Source of the DNA: Ignavibacterium sp.
GTDB taxonomy: Bacteria > Bacteroidota > Ignavibacteria > Ignavibacteriales > Ignavibacteriaceae
Reading direction: 5' to 3'
Length of the DNA: 64,000 bases
Assembly (NCBI GenBank): GCA_025056745.1
Contig: JANWVQ010000082.1
Span: 56,696 to 120,695, forward strand
Both the position numbers and the translations under genes were made by a program. Below, piece after piece: positions 60,658 through 64,000 of this stretch (positions are counted from its first letter, which is position 1; every line of letters starts with the position of its first letter). A model generated the notes under the pieces. It saw only the letters and a program-made list of their open reading frames with translations. It searched no databases and had not been told where the DNA came from.

Positions 60658-61118
60658 AAGAAAAAGAAATATTAAGATCCTCGTCTTTAATTTTTTATCT
60701 TCTTTTAAGTGGACAGATATTTTTTATGGTATTTGCCTTAATATTTGTTGAAAATAATTCTTATAAAGCAGATAATAATTTCACATTTTTGTTGACTATT
60801 TCCTTCCTTATAATTCTTGCCCCTATGCTTGTTATTGGACCTATTATTTACAGAAAAATTATCAGTAATAAATCTAATAATCTTGAGTCAATAGAAGAAA
60901 AGTTGTTCATTTATAGAAAAGGAATGATAATAAAATTAGCAATGATAGAATCATTATCATTGTTTTCAACTACAATTTTTATAATATCCGGTAGTTATTT
61001 ATTTGTAGTAATAAATATTTTTTTGATTGTTTTGTTTTATTTACACAAACCATCTTTGGAAAAATTTGCATCAGATTTCAACCTTTCAATTTCTGATATA
61101 GAGAAATATTTCAGATAA
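60654..61118 (+). CDS. hypothetical membrane protein (four TM segments)
   Basis: 154 aa. 4-nt overlap with the preceding ORF. Hydrophobic helices only. Confidence 0.5.
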   Translation: MKEKEILRSSSLIFYLLLSGQIFFMVFALIFVENNSYKADNNFTFLLTISFLIILAPMLVIGPIIYRKIISNKSNNLESIEEKLFIYRKGMIIKLAMIESLSLFSTTIFIISGSYLFVVINIFLIVLFYLHKPSLEKFASDFNLSISDIEKYFR

Positions 61119-61171
61119 AATTAGTTGAACAATTGATTTTGAAATTATGTTTGGGATAAAAAAAGATTAAT

Positions 61172-62398
61172 ATGAAAAAATTTGAAATTCCACCGTATTA
61201 TAGAAGTTCATTTATAACACAGATAAAAAATCTTCGAAAAGATTTTGATCCTAAGAAGAAAGATTTTTCTCCAACAGTTTTAGATTTCGGAAGCGTAAGA
61301 TTTTATTTGGCTCGCCACTTCGGATTTTGCTATGGAGTAGAAAATGCAATCGAAATAGCATATAAAACCATAGAAGAAAATAAAGGTAAAAGAATATTCT
61401 TATTAAGTGAAATGATCCATAATCCTGGTGTTAATAATGATTTAATCAATTTAGGTGTAAAATTTTTAATGGATACAAATGGAAATGAAATTTTTGATTG
61501 GTCAAATTTAACCTCAGAAGATATAGTTATCATTCCTGCCTTTGGAACAACGCTCGAGATTGAACATCGATTAAACAAAATTGGAATAAATCCTTACAGA
61601 TATAACACAACCTGTCCATTTGTTGAAAAAGTTTGGAATAGAAGTGAAATTTTAGGTAAACAAAATTATACGATTATAATTCACGGTAAGCATTATCACG
61701 AAGAAACACGAGCGACTTTCTCTCATAGCATTGTAAACGGTCCTGCAGTTATCGTACGAAACATTCAAGAGGCAAAAGTTCTTTCTGATATAATCCTTGG
61801 AACAATAGATGATAGATTTTTTTATACTTATTTTGAAGGGAAATATTCACCTGGCTTTGATGTAAAAAAAGATTTGTCAAGAATAGGAGTTGTAAACCAA
61901 ACCACGATGCTTGCATCAGAAACACAGGAGATAGCAGATTTATTTAGAGAAACAATGTTAAAAAAATATGGAGAAGAAAATCTTAAATATCACTTTGCTG
62001 ACACACGAGATACTTTGTGTTATGCAACCTATGATAATCAACAAGCTACTTATGGTTTACTTCAAACGAAAGCTGATTTTGCTATAGTTGTTGGTGGTTA
62101 TAACAGTTCAAATACATCTCATATAGTTGAACTTTGTTCTGAAAAACTTCAAACTTATTTTATTTCATCTGAAGAGAAAATAATTTCTCGTGATACAATT
62201 TTACATTACGATATTCATAAAAAAGCTGAAACTATTTCTCATAATTTCATACCTGAAAAAGAAACTGTAGATATAATATTAACAAGCGGAGCATCTTGTC
62301 CTGATGCGGTTGTAGAAGCAGTCTTAAGAAAAATTCATTCATTTTTTCCAAATGCAAAAGAAATTGAAGAAGTAATAAATAATCTCTTAGAAAACTGA
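61172..62398 (+). CDS. ispH: 4-hydroxy-3-methylbut-2-enyl diphosphate reductase (long form)
   Basis: 408 aa. The three cluster Cys contexts are GFCYGVENAI, NTTCPFVEKVW and TLCYATYDNQ, plus HYHEET and NSSNTSH. Confidence 0.9.
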   Translation: MKKFEIPPYYRSSFITQIKNLRKDFDPKKKDFSPTVLDFGSVRFYLARHFGFCYGVENAIEIAYKTIEENKGKRIFLLSEMIHNPGVNNDLINLGVKFLMDTNGNEIFDWSNLTSEDIVIIPAFGTTLEIEHRLNKIGINPYRYNTTCPFVEKVWNRSEILGKQNYTIIIHGKHYHEETRATFSHSIVNGPAVIVRNIQEAKVLSDIILGTIDDRFFYTYFEGKYSPGFDVKKDLSRIGVVNQTTMLASETQEIADLFRETMLKKYGEENLKYHFADTRDTLCYATYDNQQATYGLLQTKADFAIVVGGYNSSNTSHIVELCSEKLQTYFISSEEKIISRDTILHYDIHKKAETISHNFIPEKETVDIILTSGASCPDAVVEAVLRKIHSFFPNAKEIEEVINNLLEN

Positions 62399-62445
62399 AT
62401 CTTTGAATCCTCTTTTTAATTTTATAATCTAACTAAGTAAGAAAA

Positions 62446-62838
62446 ATGACAACAGAACAAATTTTTTTCTATGCAATTTTAACATTAATTATAGTTTACA
62501 TAATTCGGAAAGTTTATTTGTTTAGAACTATTAAACAATATTCACCAATTGAACTGGCAAATAAACTAAAAAAAGATAATTCAATAATTTTATTAGATGT
62601 TAGAACACCCTTGGAAAGGAAACAAGAATACATTAAAGGTTCTTTTCATATTCCGTTATATGAAATTGATAAAGAGAACAAAGAGTTATTAAAATTTAAA
62701 GATAAAGAAATTGTTTGCTACTGCAGAACTGGAAACCGAAGTCTAAAAGCAGCATCTAAACTCAGAAAATTAGGTTTTAACTCTGCAAATCTCTCAGGGG
62801 GAATAATAAGATGGAATCTAGCAAAAGTAAAAAGATGA
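62446..62838 (+). CDS. membrane-anchored rhodanese-domain sulfurtransferase
   Basis: 130 aa. N-terminal TM helix and the active-site loop CYCRTGNRS. Confidence 0.85.
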   Translation: MTTEQIFFYAILTLIIVYIIRKVYLFRTIKQYSPIELANKLKKDNSIILLDVRTPLERKQEYIKGSFHIPLYEIDKENKELLKFKDKEIVCYCRTGNRSLKAASKLRKLGFNSANLSGGIIRWNLAKVKR

Positions 62839-63029
62839 TTAAGAAAATAAAGTTTATCATTCCAGTAACATTAGGAATCATAGGAGGTTATTTATACTAT
62901 TATTTCATTGGATGTCAAAGGGGTTGTGCGATAACTAGTAATCCATATACGAGTATGATTTGGGGCGGTATAATTGGTATGCTTCTAACTAATTTTGGTA
63001 ACTCAAAAAACTCAGAGGCAAATAAATGA
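62835..63029 (+). CDS. small two-TM membrane protein with GCxxGC motif (DUF6132-like)
   Basis: ATGA overlap with the rhodanese stop. YYFIGCQRGCAITSNPY lies between two hydrophobic helices. The family name is from memory and has not been verified. Confidence 0.55.
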   Translation: MIKKIKFIIPVTLGIIGGYLYYYFIGCQRGCAITSNPYTSMIWGGIIGMLLTNFGNSKNSEANK

Positions 63030-63409
63030 ATTATGGTTTTTCAAAAACAACAAATTATAATTTTGAAGAAGCAATAGAAAAAGTAACTGAAGAATTAAAG
63101 AAAGAAGGATTTGGAGTTCTCACAACCATTGATGTAAAAGAAACTCTGAAGAAAAAATTAGATGTAGATTTCAAAAAATATATAATTCTTGGTGCTTGTA
63201 ATCCTCCGTTTGCATACAAAGCACTTCAGTCAGAAGAGGAATTAGGACTTCTATTACCTTGCAATGTAATAGTTTTTGAAAAAGAAGATAAAACAGTTGT
63301 CTCAATTTTTGATCCTATGGTTATGACTGAGATTATCAAAAATCCTGCTATTGGAGAAATAGCTAATGAAGTAAAAACAAAACTTCAAAAAGTTTTAGAA
63401 TCAATATAA
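63026..63409 (+). CDS. DUF302 domain protein
   Basis: 127 aa. FEEAIEKVTEELKKEGFGVLTTIDV and ILGACNP are typical DUF302 blocks. 4-nt overlap with the upstream gene. Confidence 0.8.
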   Translation: MNYGFSKTTNYNFEEAIEKVTEELKKEGFGVLTTIDVKETLKKKLDVDFKKYIILGACNPPFAYKALQSEEELGLLLPCNVIVFEKEDKTVVSIFDPMVMTEIIKNPAIGEIANEVKTKLQKVLESI

Positions 63410-63426
63410 TTTAGAAAGGGAATAAA

Positions 63427-63789
63427 ATGACAGAACATTTAACCAAAGAAACTTTTTTAGAAAAAGTTTTTGATTACGAAAAAAACGATGAATGGAAGTT
63501 CAATGGCAATCTTCCTGCAATTGTTGATTTTTGGGCGCCTTGGTGTGGACCTTGCAGAATAATTGGACCAATTTTAGAAGAATTGTCCGAAGAATACGCT
63601 GGAAAGGTTAACATTTATAAAGTTAATACTGATGAAGAACAAGAATTAGGTGCGGTCTTTGGTATCAGAAGCATTCCATCATTACTCTTCATTCCTTTAG
63701 AAGGTCAGCCCAAAATGGCAGTTGGTGCATTACCTAAAGAATCTCTCAAACAAATTATTGAAAAAGAATTACTCTCAAAAGTAGCATAA
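63427..63789 (+). CDS. trxA: thioredoxin
   Basis: 120 aa. Active site WAPWCGPC, with the GIRSIPSLLF block. Confidence 0.9.
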   Translation: MTEHLTKETFLEKVFDYEKNDEWKFNGNLPAIVDFWAPWCGPCRIIGPILEELSEEYAGKVNIYKVNTDEEQELGAVFGIRSIPSLLFIPLEGQPKMAVGALPKESLKQIIEKELLSKVA

Positions 63790-63812
63790 TTATTTTCTCA
63801 TAATACCTCTTT

Positions 63813-63845
63813 TGATACCTGCTTATTTTATTTAAGCAGGTATCA
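63813..63845. terminator. 13-bp perfect hairpin in convergent gap (possible bidirectional terminator)
   Basis: TGATACCTGCTTA (63813-63825) pairs with TAAGCAGGTATCA (63833-63845) across a 7-nt loop. Flanks are T/A-rich but there is no long T-run. Confidence 0.45.
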
Positions 63846-63853
63846 ATTAAATC

Positions 63854-64000
63854 TTAATCTAAAGATCCTACAACCTTTTCAACCTCTTCGAGTATTTCAC
63901 AAGATTTAACAAGTTCTTTCATTTTATTATGATCGGGATAAAGAGGGCGATCAACATCGAGAAAATCAACATATTTACGAATGACTTCTTTGGCTTTTGC
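63854..64000 (-). CDS. C-terminal 48 codons of an unidentified protein (gene continues beyond window end)
   Basis: My minus-strand translation is AKAKEVIRKYVDFLDVDRPLYPDHNKMKELVKSCEILEEVEKVVGSLD*. It is an open frame to the window edge and I could not assign a family. Confidence 0.4.
   Translation of the reverse strand, partial: AKAKEVIRKYVDFLDVDRPLYPDHNKMKELVKSCEILEEVEKVVGSLD

Overview
AT-rich, densely coding chromosomal segment. I support about 60 protein genes, one RNase P RNA gene, several hairpin terminators and one family of structured intergenic repeats. Three secreted enzymes end in the T9SS-type C-terminal sorting domain (NYPNPF...G[IV]YFY[QK]L...KKM). Together with an RRM-type RNA-binding protein and weak Shine-Dalgarno usage, this suggests an FCB-group bacterium, possibly Ignavibacteria-like; that is inference, not a database result. 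Content is mostly housekeeping: ddl, metF, purA, radA, pyk, dxr-rseP, icd, miaB, gpmA, ruvA/ruvC/yebC/recJ, rnpB, ispH and trxA. Interspersed are secreted hydrolases, an ECF sigma/anti-sigma pair, a LytTR two-component system and a small sulfur/redox gene cluster. I recognised no rRNA, tRNA, CRISPR array, cas gene, transposase, integrase or prophage module, and no convincing multi-gene defence island. The most unusual items: (1) tandem 139-153 bp structured repeats on both sides of a lone DUF4143 AAA+ ATPase gene (6041-7900), with wobble-compatible hairpin variation that favours a plus-strand RNA. (2) An RNase P RNA of about 540 nt with a branched P12 region and a 65-nt AT-rich insert. (3) A Lon-like protease with degenerate Walker motifs (LonC-like), tightly packed with pyk and an orphan AmmeMemoRadiSam radical SAM gene. 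(4) A rhodanese / CxxGC membrane protein / DUF302 / thioredoxin cluster. All product calls come from motifs read in the supplied translations. No searches were run, and RNA ends and start codons are approximate.
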